DNA of 25,726 nucleotides from Utricularia gibba (GCA_002189035.1 NEEC01000097.1:1-25726), one strand, 5' to 3'; counted from the stretch's first letter, positions 12,605 through 24,886 are shown. Notes: generated by a model not told the origin, from the sequence alone. Numbers and translations are program-made.

Positions 12605-13127
12605 CCATGTCTCTAGTGGCTATTTGATTCTTTTGCCGTGTATCCCATTTGCATCAATGTCGAGAACGAGAAGCACATTCTTAGACGCAGCCACCAAGAA
12701 AGGACACCTAAGACACTTTTCGTTGTGGCTTGTTTTTAATATGTCCACAGTTATCGGACAAACGTAACTCCAAATTATAATACTTGGAGCTCGAAAAGGG
12801 CTTCCCAACAGTGTGCTATGAAGAGCAAGGATCTGCATGTTATGCAAGAGGTGCTTCGCGGACCAGGATGTGCGACGTAGTCATTTCATTGCGCATCATC
12901 ATTCGGGGTGCATCCTAAAAATCACACGTGCACGGGATTCATTAAAAATAAATATTTACGCATATCCAGAGTGTATAACAGTGTTGGGATAAGTGATGCC
13001 ACGAAATTCATGATGTAGCATGTGACTTTTTTCCAACTTGATCGCATAGTAGATGAATTCTGACACCATATGTTGATGCATTTAGTTGCTATGATACTTC
13101 TGATTCTTGATGCACCATTCCCGTATA
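12605..13127 (+). repeat. Representative B monomer (523 bp)
   Basis: Starts CCATGTCTCTAGTGG. Diagnostic sequences are the head GCCGTGTATCCCATTTGC, GTGCTTCGC, GGGGTGCATCCTAAAA and the tail GATGAATTCTGAC (EcoRI). It has GATGCAT in place of the A insert. Confidence 0.95.
12822..12992 (+). pseudogene. Start-less open frame (56 codons) containing a C2H2 zinc-finger motif; present in every intact A and B monomer (coordinates are for one B copy)
   Basis: Translation is RARICMLCKRCFADQDVRRSHFIAHHHSGCILKITRARDSLKINIYAYPECITVLG*. It matches C-x2-C-x3-F-x8-H-x3-H at 12834-12896. The A/B differences in and just after the motif are synonymous (TGC/TGT, CAT/CAC, GGG/GGA). The frame is bounded by TGA at 12819 and TAA at 12990. 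Confidence 0.45.
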
Positions 13128-16100
13128 CCATGTCTCTAGTGGCTATTTGATTCTTTTGCCTTGTATGTTGTTCGCATCAATTTCGAGAACATGAAGCACA
13201 TTATTAAATGCAGTCACCACGGAATGCCACGTGAGACACCTTTCGTTGTGGCCCTTTTTTAATATGTCCACAGTTATCGGACAAACGTAACTCCAAATTA
13301 TAATACTTGGAGCTCGAAAAGGGCTTCCCAACAGTGTGCTATGAAGAGCAAGGATCTGCATGTTATGCAAGAGGTGTTTCGCGGACCAGGATGTGCGACG
13401 TAGTCATTTCATTGCGCATCACCATTCGGGATGCAGCCGAAAAATCACACGTGCACCGGATTTGTTAAAAATAAATATTTACGCATATCCTGAGTATACA
13501 ACAGTGTTGGGATAAGTGATGCCACGAAATTCATGATGTAACATGTGACTTTTTTCCATCTTGATCGCATATCCGATGAAGTTTGACACCATATGTTTTG
13601 GCTGTTGATTGATTCAATTAGTTGCTATGATACTTCTGATTCTTGATGCACCATTCCCATACACCATGTCTCTAGTGGCTATTTGATTCTTTTGCCGTGT
13701 ATCCCATTTGCATCAATGTCGAGAACGAGAAGCACATTCTTAGACGCAGCCACCAAGAAAGGACACCTAAGACACTTTTCGTTGTGGCTTGTTTTTAATA
13801 TGTCCACAGTTATCGGACAAACGTAACTCCAAATTATAATACTTGGAGCTCGAAAAGGGCTTCCCAACAGTGTGCTATGAAGAGCAAGGATCTGCATGTT
13901 ATGCAAGAGGTGCTTCGCGGACCAGGATGTGCGACGTAGTCATTTCATTGCGCATCATCATTCGGGGTGCATCCTAAAAATCACACGTGCACGGGATTCA
14001 TTAAAAATAAATATTTACGCATATCCAGAGTGTATAACAGTGTTGGGATAAGTGATGCCACGAAATTCATGATGTAGCATGTGACTTTTTTCCAACTTGA
14101 TCGCATAGTAGATGAATTCTGACACCATATGTTGATGCATTTAGTTGCTATGATACTTCTGATTCTTGATGCACCATTCCCGTATACCATGTCTCTAGTG
14201 GCTATTTGATTCTTTTGCCTTGTATGTTGTTCGCATCAATTTCGAGAACATGAAGCACATTATTAAATGCAGTCACCACGGAATGCCACGTGAGACACCT
14301 TTCGTTGTGGCCCTTTTTTAATATGTCCACAGTTATCGGACAAACGTAACTCCAAATTATAATACTTGGAGCTCGAAAAGGGCTTCCCAACAGTGTGCTA
14401 TGAAGAGCAAGGATCTGCATGTTATGCAAGAGGTGTTTCGCGGACCAGGATGTGCGACGTAGTCATTTCATTGCGCATCACCATTCGGGATGCAGCCGAA
14501 AAATCACACGTGCACCGGATTTGTTAAAAATAAATATTTACGCATATCCTGAGTATACAACAGTGTTGGGATAAGTGATGCCACGAAATTCATGATGTAA
14601 CATGTGACTTTTTTCCATCTTGATCGCATATCCGATGAAGTTTGACACCATATGTTTTGGCTGTTGATTGATTCAATTAGTTGCTATGATACTTCTGATT
14701 CTTGATGCACCATTCCCATACACCATGTCTCTAGTGGCTATTTGATTCTTTTGCCGTGTATCCCATTTGCATCAATGTCGAGAACGAGAAGCACATTCTT
14801 AGACGCAGCCACCAAGAAAGGACACCTAAGACACTTTTCGTTGTGGCTTGTTTTTAATATGTCCACAGTTATCGGACAAACGTAACTCCAAATTATAATA
14901 CTTGGAGCTCGAAAAGGGCTTCCCAACAGTGTGCTATGAAGAGCAAGGATCTGCATGTTATGCAAGAGGTGCTTCGCGGACCAGGATGTGCGACGTAGTC
15001 ATTTCATTGCGCATCATCATTCGGGGTGCATCCTAAAAATCACACGTGCACGGGATTCATTAAAAATAAATATTTACGCATATCCAGAGTGTATAACAGT
15101 GTTGGGATAAGTGATGCCACGAAATTCATGATGTAGCATGTGACTTTTTTCCAACTTGATCGCATAGTAGATGAATTCTGACACCATATGTTGATGCATT
15201 TAGTTGCTATGATACTTCTGATTCTTGATGCACCATTCCCGTATACCATGTCTCTAGTGGCTATTTGATTCTTTTGCCTTGTATGTTGTTCGCATCAATT
15301 TCGAGAACATGAAGCACATTATTAAATGCAGTCACCACGGAATGCCACGTGAGACACCTTTCGTTGTGGCCCTTTTTTAATATGTCCACAGTTATCGGAC
15401 AAACGTAACTCCAAATTATAATACTTGGAGCTCGAAAAGGGCTTCCCAACAGTGTGCTATGAAGAGCAAGGATCTGCATGTTATGCAAGAGGTGTTTCGC
15501 GGACCAGGATGTGCGACGTAGTCATTTCATTGCGCATCACCATTCGGGATGCAGCCGAAAAATCACACGTGCACCGGATTTGTTAAAAATAAATATTTAC
15601 GCATATCCTGAGTATACAACAGTGTTGGGATAAGTGATGCCACGAAATTCATGATGTAACATGTGACTTTTTTCCATCTTGATCGCATATCCGATGAAGT
15701 TTGACACCATATGTTTTGGCTGTTGATTGATTCAATTAGTTGCTATGATACTTCTGATTCTTGATGCACCATTCCCATACACCATGTCTCTAGTGGCTAT
15801 TTGATTCTTTTGCCGTGTATCCCATTTGCATCAATGTCGAGAACGAGAAGCACATTCTTAGACGCAGCCACCAAGAAAGGACACCTAAGACACTTTTCGT
15901 TGTGGCTTGTTTTTAATATGTCCACAGTTATCGGACAAACGTAACTCCAAATTATAATACTTGGAGCTCGAAAAGGGCTTCCCAACAGTGTGCTATGAAG
16001 AGCAAGGATCTGCATGTTATGCAAGAGGTGCTTCGCGGACCAGGATGTGCGACGTAGTCATTTCATTGCGCATCATCATTCGGGGTGCATCCTAAAAATC

Positions 16101-19100
16101 ACACGTGCACGGGATTCATTAAAAATAAATATTTACGCATATCCAGAGTGTATAACAGTGTTGGGATAAGTGATGCCACGAAATTCATGATGTAGCATGT
16201 GACTTTTTTCCAACTTGATCGCATAGTAGATGAATTCTGACACCATATGTTGATGCATTTAGTTGCTATGATACTTCTGATTCTTGATGCACCATTCCCG
16301 TATACCATGTCTCTAGTGGCTATTTGATTCTTTTGCCTTGTATGTTGTTCGCATCAATTTCGAGAACATGAAGCACATTATTAAATGCAGTCACCACGGA
16401 ATGCCACGTGAGACACCTTTCGTTGTGGCCCTTTTTTAATATGTCCACAGTTATCGGACAAACGTAACTCCAAATTATAATACTTGGAGCTCGAAAAGGG
16501 CTTCCCAACAGTGTGCTATGAAGAGCAAGGATCTGCATGTTATGCAAGAGGTGTTTCGCGGACCAGGATGTGCGACGTAGTCATTTCATTGCGCATCACC
16601 ATTCGGGATGCAGCCGAAAAATCACACGTGCACCGGATTTGTTAAAAATAAATATTTACGCATATCCTGAGTATACAACAGTGTTGGGATAAGTGATGCC
16701 ACGAAATTCATGATGTAACATGTGACTTTTTTCCATCTTGATCGCATATCCGATGAAGTTTGACACCATATGTTTTGGCTGTTGATTGATTCAATTAGTT
16801 GCTATGATACTTCTGATTCTTGATGCACCATTCCCATACACCATGTCTCTAGTGGCTATTTGATTCTTTTGCCGTGTATCCCATTTGCATCAATGTCGAG
16901 AACGAGAAGCACATTCTTAGACGCAGCCACCAAGAAAGGACACCTAAGACACTTTTCGTTGTGGCTTGTTTTTAATATGTCCACAGTTATCGGACAAACG
17001 TAACTCCAAATTATAATACTTGGAGCTCGAAAAGGGCTTCCCAACAGTGTGCTATGAAGAGCAAGGATCTGCATGTTATGCAAGAGGTGCTTCGCGGACC
17101 AGGATGTGCGACGTAGTCATTTCATTGCGCATCATCATTCGGGGTGCATCCTAAAAATCACACGTGCACGGGATTCATTAAAAATAAATATTTACGCATA
17201 TCCAGAGTGTATAACAGTGTTGGGATAAGTGATGCCACGAAATTCATGATGTAGCATGTGACTTTTTTCCAACTTGATCGCATAGTAGATGAATTCTGAC
17301 ACCATATGTTGATGCATTTAGTTGCTATGATACTTCTGATTCTTGATGCACCATTCCCGTATACCATGTCTCTAGTGGCTATTTGATTCTTTTGCCTTGT
17401 ATGTTGTTCGCATCAATTTCGAGAACATGAAGCACATTATTAAATGCAGTCACCACGGAATGCCACGTGAGACACCTTTCGTTGTGGCCCTTTTTTAATA
17501 TGTCCACAGTTATCGGACAAACGTAACTCCAAATTATAATACTTGGAGCTCGAAAAGGGCTTCCCAACAGTGTGCTATGAAGAGCAAGGATCTGCATGTT
17601 ATGCAAGAGGTGTTTCGCGGACCAGGATGTGCGACGTAGTCATTTCATTGCGCATCACCATTCGGGATGCAGCCGAAAAATCACACGTGCACCGGATTTG
17701 TTAAAAATAAATATTTACGCATATCCTGAGTATACAACAGTGTTGGGATAAGTGATGCCACGAAATTCATGATGTAACATGTGACTTTTTTCCATCTTGA
17801 TCGCATATCCGATGAAGTTTGACACCATATGTTTTGGCTGTTGATTGATTCAATTAGTTGCTATGATACTTCTGATTCTTGATGCACCATTCCCATACAC
17901 CATGTCTCTAGTGGCTATTTGATTCTTTTGCCGTGTATCCCATTTGCATCAATGTCGAGAACGAGAAGCACATTCTTAGACGCAGCCACCAAGAAAGGAC
18001 ACCTAAGACACTTTTCGTTGTGGCTTGTTTTTAATATGTCCACAGTTATCGGACAAACGTAACTCCAAATTATAATACTTGGAGCTCGAAAAGGGCTTCC
18101 CAACAGTGTGCTATGAAGAGCAAGGATCTGCATGTTATGCAAGAGGTGCTTCGCGGACCAGGATGTGCGACGTAGTCATTTCATTGCGCATCATCATTCG
18201 GGGTGCATCCTAAAAATCACACGTGCACGGGATTCATTAAAAATAAATATTTACGCATATCCAGAGTGTATAACAGTGTTGGGATAAGTGATGCCACGAA
18301 ATTCATGATGTAGCATGTGACTTTTTTCCAACTTGATCGCATAGTAGATGAATTCTGACACCATATGTTGATGCATTTAGTTGCTATGATACTTCTGATT
18401 CTTGATGCACCATTCCCGTATACCATGTCTCTAGTGGCTATTTGATTCTTTTGCCTTGTATGTTGTTCGCATCAATTTCGAGAACATGAAGCACATTATT
18501 AAATGCAGTCACCACGGAATGCCACGTGAGACACCTTTCGTTGTGGCCCTTTTTTAATATGTCCACAGTTATCGGACAAACGTAACTCCAAATTATAATA
18601 CTTGGAGCTCGAAAAGGGCTTCCCAACAGTGTGCTATGAAGAGCAAGGATCTGCATGTTATGCAAGAGGTGTTTCGCGGACCAGGATGTGCGACGTAGTC
18701 ATTTCATTGCGCATCACCATTCGGGATGCAGCCGAAAAATCACACGTGCACCGGATTTGTTAAAAATAAATATTTACGCATATCCTGAGTATACAACAGT
18801 GTTGGGATAAGTGATGCCACGAAATTCATGATGTAACATGTGACTTTTTTCCATCTTGATCGCATATCCGATGAAGTTTGACACCATATGTTTTGGCTGT
18901 TGATTGATTCAATTAGTTGCTATGATACTTCTGATTCTTGATGCACCATTCCCATACACCATGTCTCTAGTGGCTATTTGATTCTTTTGCCGTGTATCCC
19001 ATTTGCATCAATGTCGAGAACGAGAAGCACATTCTTAGACGCAGCCACCAAGAAAGGACACCTAAGACACTTTTCGTTGTGGCTTGTTTTTAATATGTCC

Positions 19101-22100
19101 ACAGTTATCGGACAAACGTAACTCCAAATTATAATACTTGGAGCTCGAAAAGGGCTTCCCAACAGTGTGCTATGAAGAGCAAGGATCTGCATGTTATGCA
19201 AGAGGTGCTTCGCGGACCAGGATGTGCGACGTAGTCATTTCATTGCGCATCATCATTCGGGGTGCATCCTAAAAATCACACGTGCACGGGATTCATTAAA
19301 AATAAATATTTACGCATATCCAGAGTGTATAACAGTGTTGGGATAAGTGATGCCACGAAATTCATGATGTAGCATGTGACTTTTTTCCAACTTGATCGCA
19401 TAGTAGATGAATTCTGACACCATATGTTGATGCATTTAGTTGCTATGATACTTCTGATTCTTGATGCACCATTCCCGTATACCATGTCTCTAGTGGCTAT
19501 TTGATTCTTTTGCCTTGTATGTTGTTCGCATCAATTTCGAGAACATGAAGCACATTATTAAATGCAGTCACCACGGAATGCCACGTGAGACACCTTTCGT
19601 TGTGGCCCTTTTTTAATATGTCCACAGTTATCGGACAAACGTAACTCCAAATTATAATACTTGGAGCTCGAAAAGGGCTTCCCAACAGTGTGCTATGAAG
19701 AGCAAGGATCTGCATGTTATGCAAGAGGTGTTTCGCGGACCAGGATGTGCGACGTAGTCATTTCATTGCGCATCACCATTCGGGATGCAGCCGAAAAATC
19801 ACACGTGCACCGGATTTGTTAAAAATAAATATTTACGCATATCCTGAGTATACAACAGTGTTGGGATAAGTGATGCCACGAAATTCATGATGTAACATGT
19901 GACTTTTTTCCATCTTGATCGCATATCCGATGAAGTTTGACACCATATGTTTTGGCTGTTGATTGATTCAATTAGTTGCTATGATACTTCTGATTCTTGA
20001 TGCACCATTCCCATACACCATGTCTCTAGTGGCTATTTGATTCTTTTGCCGTGTATCCCATTTGCATCAATGTCGAGAACGAGAAGCACATTCTTAGACG
20101 CAGCCACCAAGAAAGGACACCTAAGACACTTTTCGTTGTGGCTTGTTTTTAATATGTCCACAGTTATCGGACAAACGTAACTCCAAATTATAATACTTGG
20201 AGCTCGAAAAGGGCTTCCCAACAGTGTGCTATGAAGAGCAAGGATCTGCATGTTATGCAAGAGGTGCTTCGCGGACCAGGATGTGCGACGTAGTCATTTC
20301 ATTGCGCATCATCATTCGGGGTGCATCCTAAAAATCACACGTGCACGGGATTCATTAAAAATAAATATTTACGCATATCCAGAGTGTATAACAGTGTTGG
20401 GATAAGTGATGCCACGAAATTCATGATGTAGCATGTGACTTTTTTCCAACTTGATCGCATAGTAGATGAATTCTGACACCATATGTTGATGCATTTAGTT
20501 GCTATGATACTTCTGATTCTTGATGCACCATTCCCGTATACCATGTCTCTAGTGGCTATTTGATTCTTTTGCCTTGTATGTTGTTCGCATCAATTTCGAG
20601 AACATGAAGCACATTATTAAATGCAGTCACCACGGAATGCCACGTGAGACACCTTTCGTTGTGGCCCTTTTTTAATATGTCCACAGTTATCGGACAAACG
20701 TAACTCCAAATTATAATACTTGGAGCTCGAAAAGGGCTTCCCAACAGTGTGCTATGAAGAGCAAGGATCTGCATGTTATGCAAGAGGTGTTTCGCGGACC
20801 AGGATGTGCGACGTAGTCATTTCATTGCGCATCACCATTCGGGATGCAGCCGAAAAATCACACGTGCACCGGATTTGTTAAAAATAAATATTTACGCATA
20901 TCCTGAGTATACAACAGTGTTGGGATAAGTGATGCCACGAAATTCATGATGTAACATGTGACTTTTTTCCATCTTGATCGCATATCCGATGAAGTTTGAC
21001 ACCATATGTTTTGGCTGTTGATTGATTCAATTAGTTGCTATGATACTTCTGATTCTTGATGCACCATTCCCATACACCATGTCTCTAGTGGCTATTTGAT
21101 TCTTTTGCCGTGTATCCCATTTGCATCAATGTCGAGAACGAGAAGCACATTCTTAGACGCAGCCACCAAGAAAGGACACCTAAGACACTTTTCGTTGTGG
21201 CTTGTTTTTAATATGTCCACAGTTATCGGACAAACGTAACTCCAAATTATAATACTTGGAGCTCGAAAAGGGCTTCCCAACAGTGTGCTATGAAGAGCAA
21301 GGATCTGCATGTTATGCAAGAGGTGCTTCGCGGACCAGGATGTGCGACGTAGTCATTTCATTGCGCATCATCATTCGGGGTGCATCCTAAAAATCACACG
21401 TGCACGGGATTCATTAAAAATAAATATTTACGCATATCCAGAGTGTATAACAGTGTTGGGATAAGTGATGCCACGAAATTCATGATGTAGCATGTGACTT
21501 TTTTCCAACTTGATCGCATAGTAGATGAATTCTGACACCATATGTTGATGCATTTAGTTGCTATGATACTTCTGATTCTTGATGCACCATTCCCGTATAC
21601 CATGTCTCTAGTGGCTATTTGATTCTTTTGCCTTGTATGTTGTTCGCATCAATTTCGAGAACATGAAGCACATTATTAAATGCAGTCACCACGGAATGCC
21701 ACGTGAGACACCTTTCGTTGTGGCCCTTTTTTAATATGTCCACAGTTATCGGACAAACGTAACTCCAAATTATAATACTTGGAGCTCGAAAAGGGCTTCC
21801 CAACAGTGTGCTATGAAGAGCAAGGATCTGCATGTTATGCAAGAGGTGTTTCGCGGACCAGGATGTGCGACGTAGTCATTTCATTGCGCATCACCATTCG
21901 GGATGCAGCCGAAAAATCACACGTGCACCGGATTTGTTAAAAATAAATATTTACGCATATCCTGAGTATACAACAGTGTTGGGATAAGTGATGCCACGAA
22001 ATTCATGATGTAACATGTGACTTTTTTCCATCTTGATCGCATATCCGATGAAGTTTGACACCATATGTTTTGGCTGTTGATTGATTCAATTAGTTGCTAT

Positions 22101-22953
22101 GATACTTCTGATTCTTGATGCACCATTCCCATACACCATGTCTCTAGTGGCTATTTGATTCTTTTGCCGTGTATCCCATTTGCATCAATGTCGAGAACGA
22201 GAAGCACATTCTTAGACGCAGCCACCAAGAAAGGACACCTAAGACACTTTTCGTTGTGGCTTGTTTTTAATATGTCCACAGTTATCGGACAAACGTAACT
22301 CCAAATTATAATACTTGGAGCTCGAAAAGGGCTTCCCAACAGTGTGCTATGAAGAGCAAGGATCTGCATGTTATGCAAGAGGTGCTTCGCGGACCAGGAT
22401 GTGCGACGTAGTCATTTCATTGCGCATCATCATTCGGGGTGCATCCTAAAAATCACACGTGCACGGGATTCATTAAAAATAAATATTTACGCATATCCAG
22501 AGTGTATAACAGTGTTGGGATAAGTGATGCCACGAAATTCATGATGTAGCATGTGACTTTTTTCCAACTTGATCGCATAGTAGATGAATTCTGACACCAT
22601 ATGTTGATGCATTTAGTTGCTATGATACTTCTGATTCTTGATGCACCATTCCCGTATACCATGTCTCTAGTGGCTATTTGATTCTTTTGCCTTGTATGTT
22701 GTTCGCATCAATTTCGAGAACATGAAGCACATTATTAAATGCAGTCACCACGGAATGCCACGTGAGACACCTTTCGTTGTGGCCTTTTTTAATATGTCCA
22801 CAGTTATCGGACAAACGTAACTCCAAATTATAATACTTGGAGCTCGAAAAGGGCTTCCCAACAACAGTGTGCTATGAAGAGCAAGGATCTGCATGTTATG
22901 CAAGAGGTGTTGCGCGGACCAGGATGTGCGACGTAGTCATTTCATTGCGCATC

Positions 22954-23371
22954 TGCATCATATCGCGGTGACACGTAATTGATTCAATCATTCATCGTGC
23001 ACGGGATTCAAAAATAAATATTTACGCATATCCAGAGTGTATAACAGTGTTGGGATAAGTGATGCCACGAAATTCATGATGTATAACAGTGTCGCACTTA
23101 TGTTGATGCCTATCTTAGATTCTGACACCATATGTTGATGCATTTAGTTGTATGATCATTCCATGATACCATGTCTCTTGGCTGTTGGATGTTGGATCAA
23201 TTCGAATGTTATGTCTGCATGATGCAATACCAGGATTGCGACGTAGGATTTCATTGCTATGCAGCCATGTGCACCGCATACAGTCCATTGATCATCTAGT
23301 GCACGCATATGTTTTGCATTCTTATTGCCGATTCTTGATGCACCATTCCCATCTTGCTATCACCATTTGTC
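22954..23371. other. Scrambled, compressed repeat segment; probable consensus or assembly artefact
   Basis: Consists of short, mostly collinear fragments of A and B plus one nearly clean B block (22996-23083). It lengthens this unit by 124 bp (B-core spacing 1183 instead of 1059). Confidence 0.75.
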
Positions 23372-23841
23372 TGTCGAGAACGAGAAGCACATTCTTAGAC
23401 GCAGCCACCAAGAAAGGACACCTAAGACACTTTTCGTTGTGGCTTGTTTTTAATATGTCCACAGTTATCGGACAAACGTAACTCCAAATTATAATACTTG
23501 GAGCTCGAAAAGGGCTTCCCAACAGTGTGCTATGAAGAGCAAGGATCTGCATGTTATGCAAGAGGTGCTTCGCGGACCAGGATGTGCGACGTAGTCATTT
23601 CATTGCGCATCATCATTCGGGGTGCATCCTAAAAATCACACGTGCACGGGATTCATTAAAAATAAATATTTACGCATATCCAGAGTGTATAACAGTGTTG
23701 GGATAAGTGATGCCACGAAATTCATGATGTAGCATGTGACTTTTTTCCAACTTGATCGCATAGTAGATGAATTCTGACACCATATGTTGATGCATTTAGT
23801 TGCTATGATACTTCTGATTCTTGATGCACCATTCCCGTATA

Positions 23842-24364
23842 CCATGTCTCTAGTGGCTATTTGATTCTTTTGCCTTGTATGTTTTCGCATCAATTTCGAG
23901 AACATGAAGCACATTATTAAATGCAGTCACCACGGAATGCCACGTGAGACACCTTTCGTTGTGGCCCTTTTTTAATATGTCCACAGTTATCGGACAAACG
24001 TAACTCCAAATTATAATACTTGGAGCTCGAAAAGGGCTTCCCAACAGTGTGCTATGAAGAGCAAGGATCTGCATGTTATGCAAGAGGTGCTTCGCGGACC
24101 AGGATGTGCGACGTAGTCATTTCATTGCGCATCACCATTCGGGATGCATCCTAAAAATCACACGTGCACGGATTGTTAAAAATAAATATTTACGCATATC
24201 CAGAGTGTTTGGATAAGTGATGCCACGAAATTCATGATGTAACATGTGACTTTTTTCCATCTTGATCGCATATCCGATGAAGTTTGACACCATATGTTTT
24301 GGCTGTTGATTGATTCAATTAGTTGCTATGATACTTCTGATTCTTGATGCACCATTCCCATACA
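23842..24364 (+). repeat. A/B mosaic monomer with small deletions (523 bp)
   Basis: A head and tail. The middle mixes B alleles (GTGCTTCGC, GCATCCTAAAA, CCAGAGTG) with A alleles (CACCATT, GGGATG, TTGTT), and about 10 bp are missing before GGATAAG. Confidence 0.8.
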
Positions 24365-24886
24365 CCATGTCTCTAGTGGCTATTTGATTCTTTTGCCGTG
24401 TATCCCATTTGCATCAATGTCGAGAACGAGAAGCACATTCTTAGACGCAGCCACCAAGAAAGGACACCTAAGACACTTTTCGTTGTGGCTTGTTTTTAAT
24501 ATGTCCACAGTTATCGGACAAACGTAACTCCAAATTATAATACTTGGAGCTCGAAAAGGGCTTCCCAACAGTGTGCTATGAAGAGCAAGGATCTGCATGT
24601 TATGCAAGAGGTGCTTCGCGGACCAGGATGTGCGACGTAGTCATTTCATTGCGCATCATCATTCGGGGTGCATCCTAAAAACACACGTGCACGGGATTCA
24701 TTAAAAATAAATATTTACGCATATCCAGAGTGTATAACAGTGTTGGGATAAGTGATGCCACGAAATTCATGATGTAGCATGTGACTTTTTTCCAACTTGA
24801 TCGCATAGTAGATGAATTCTGACACCATATGTTGATGCATTTAGTTGCTATGATACTTCTGATTCTTGATGCACCATTCCCGTATA

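Larger units (their letters stand above)
11546..22780. repeat. Homogeneous central block of about 10.6 apparently identical HOR units
   Basis: All three ORF classes step by exactly 1059 bp with identical translations. No variants were seen by eye, but not every base was machine-verified. Confidence 0.9.

Noticed and set aside
12587-13063. 158-codon ATG…TGA ORF in B if TAA/TAG encode Gln (ciliate code)
   Set aside because: A run of this length is unremarkable when TGA is the only stop. The A copy has an internal TGA, the product is unrecognisable, and nothing else supports a variant code.
12605-13127. Tandem RNA gene array (5S, tRNA, snRNA, spliced leader) or hammerhead/viroid-like concatemer
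   Set aside because: I recognise no 5S, U1/U2/U6, SL or tRNA motifs. CCGATGAAG only resembles the hammerhead CUGAUGA core, is not conserved in B, and lacks a paired GAAA. An Infernal/Rfam scan would be the definitive test.
12069-13127. Assignment to a named satellite of similar length (e.g. the 528-bp Phaseolus khipu or the approximately 1061-bp Tribolium brevicornis repeat)
   Set aside because: This is a length coincidence only and I cannot verify sequence similarity. As I recall, the Tribolium unit has inverted subunits, whereas these are direct. BLAST is needed.
12922-13131. Repeated minus-strand 69-aa ORF (MVYGNGASR…)
   Set aside because: It is broken in A by the 13-bp length difference and a TGA. 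It has several silent A/B changes, but its position pattern (third > second > first) fits worse than the overlapping + frame. Not fully excluded.
23185-23481. Unique 98-aa + strand ORF
   Set aside because: It lies in the scrambled, probably artefactual segment and runs into the ordinary B head frame.
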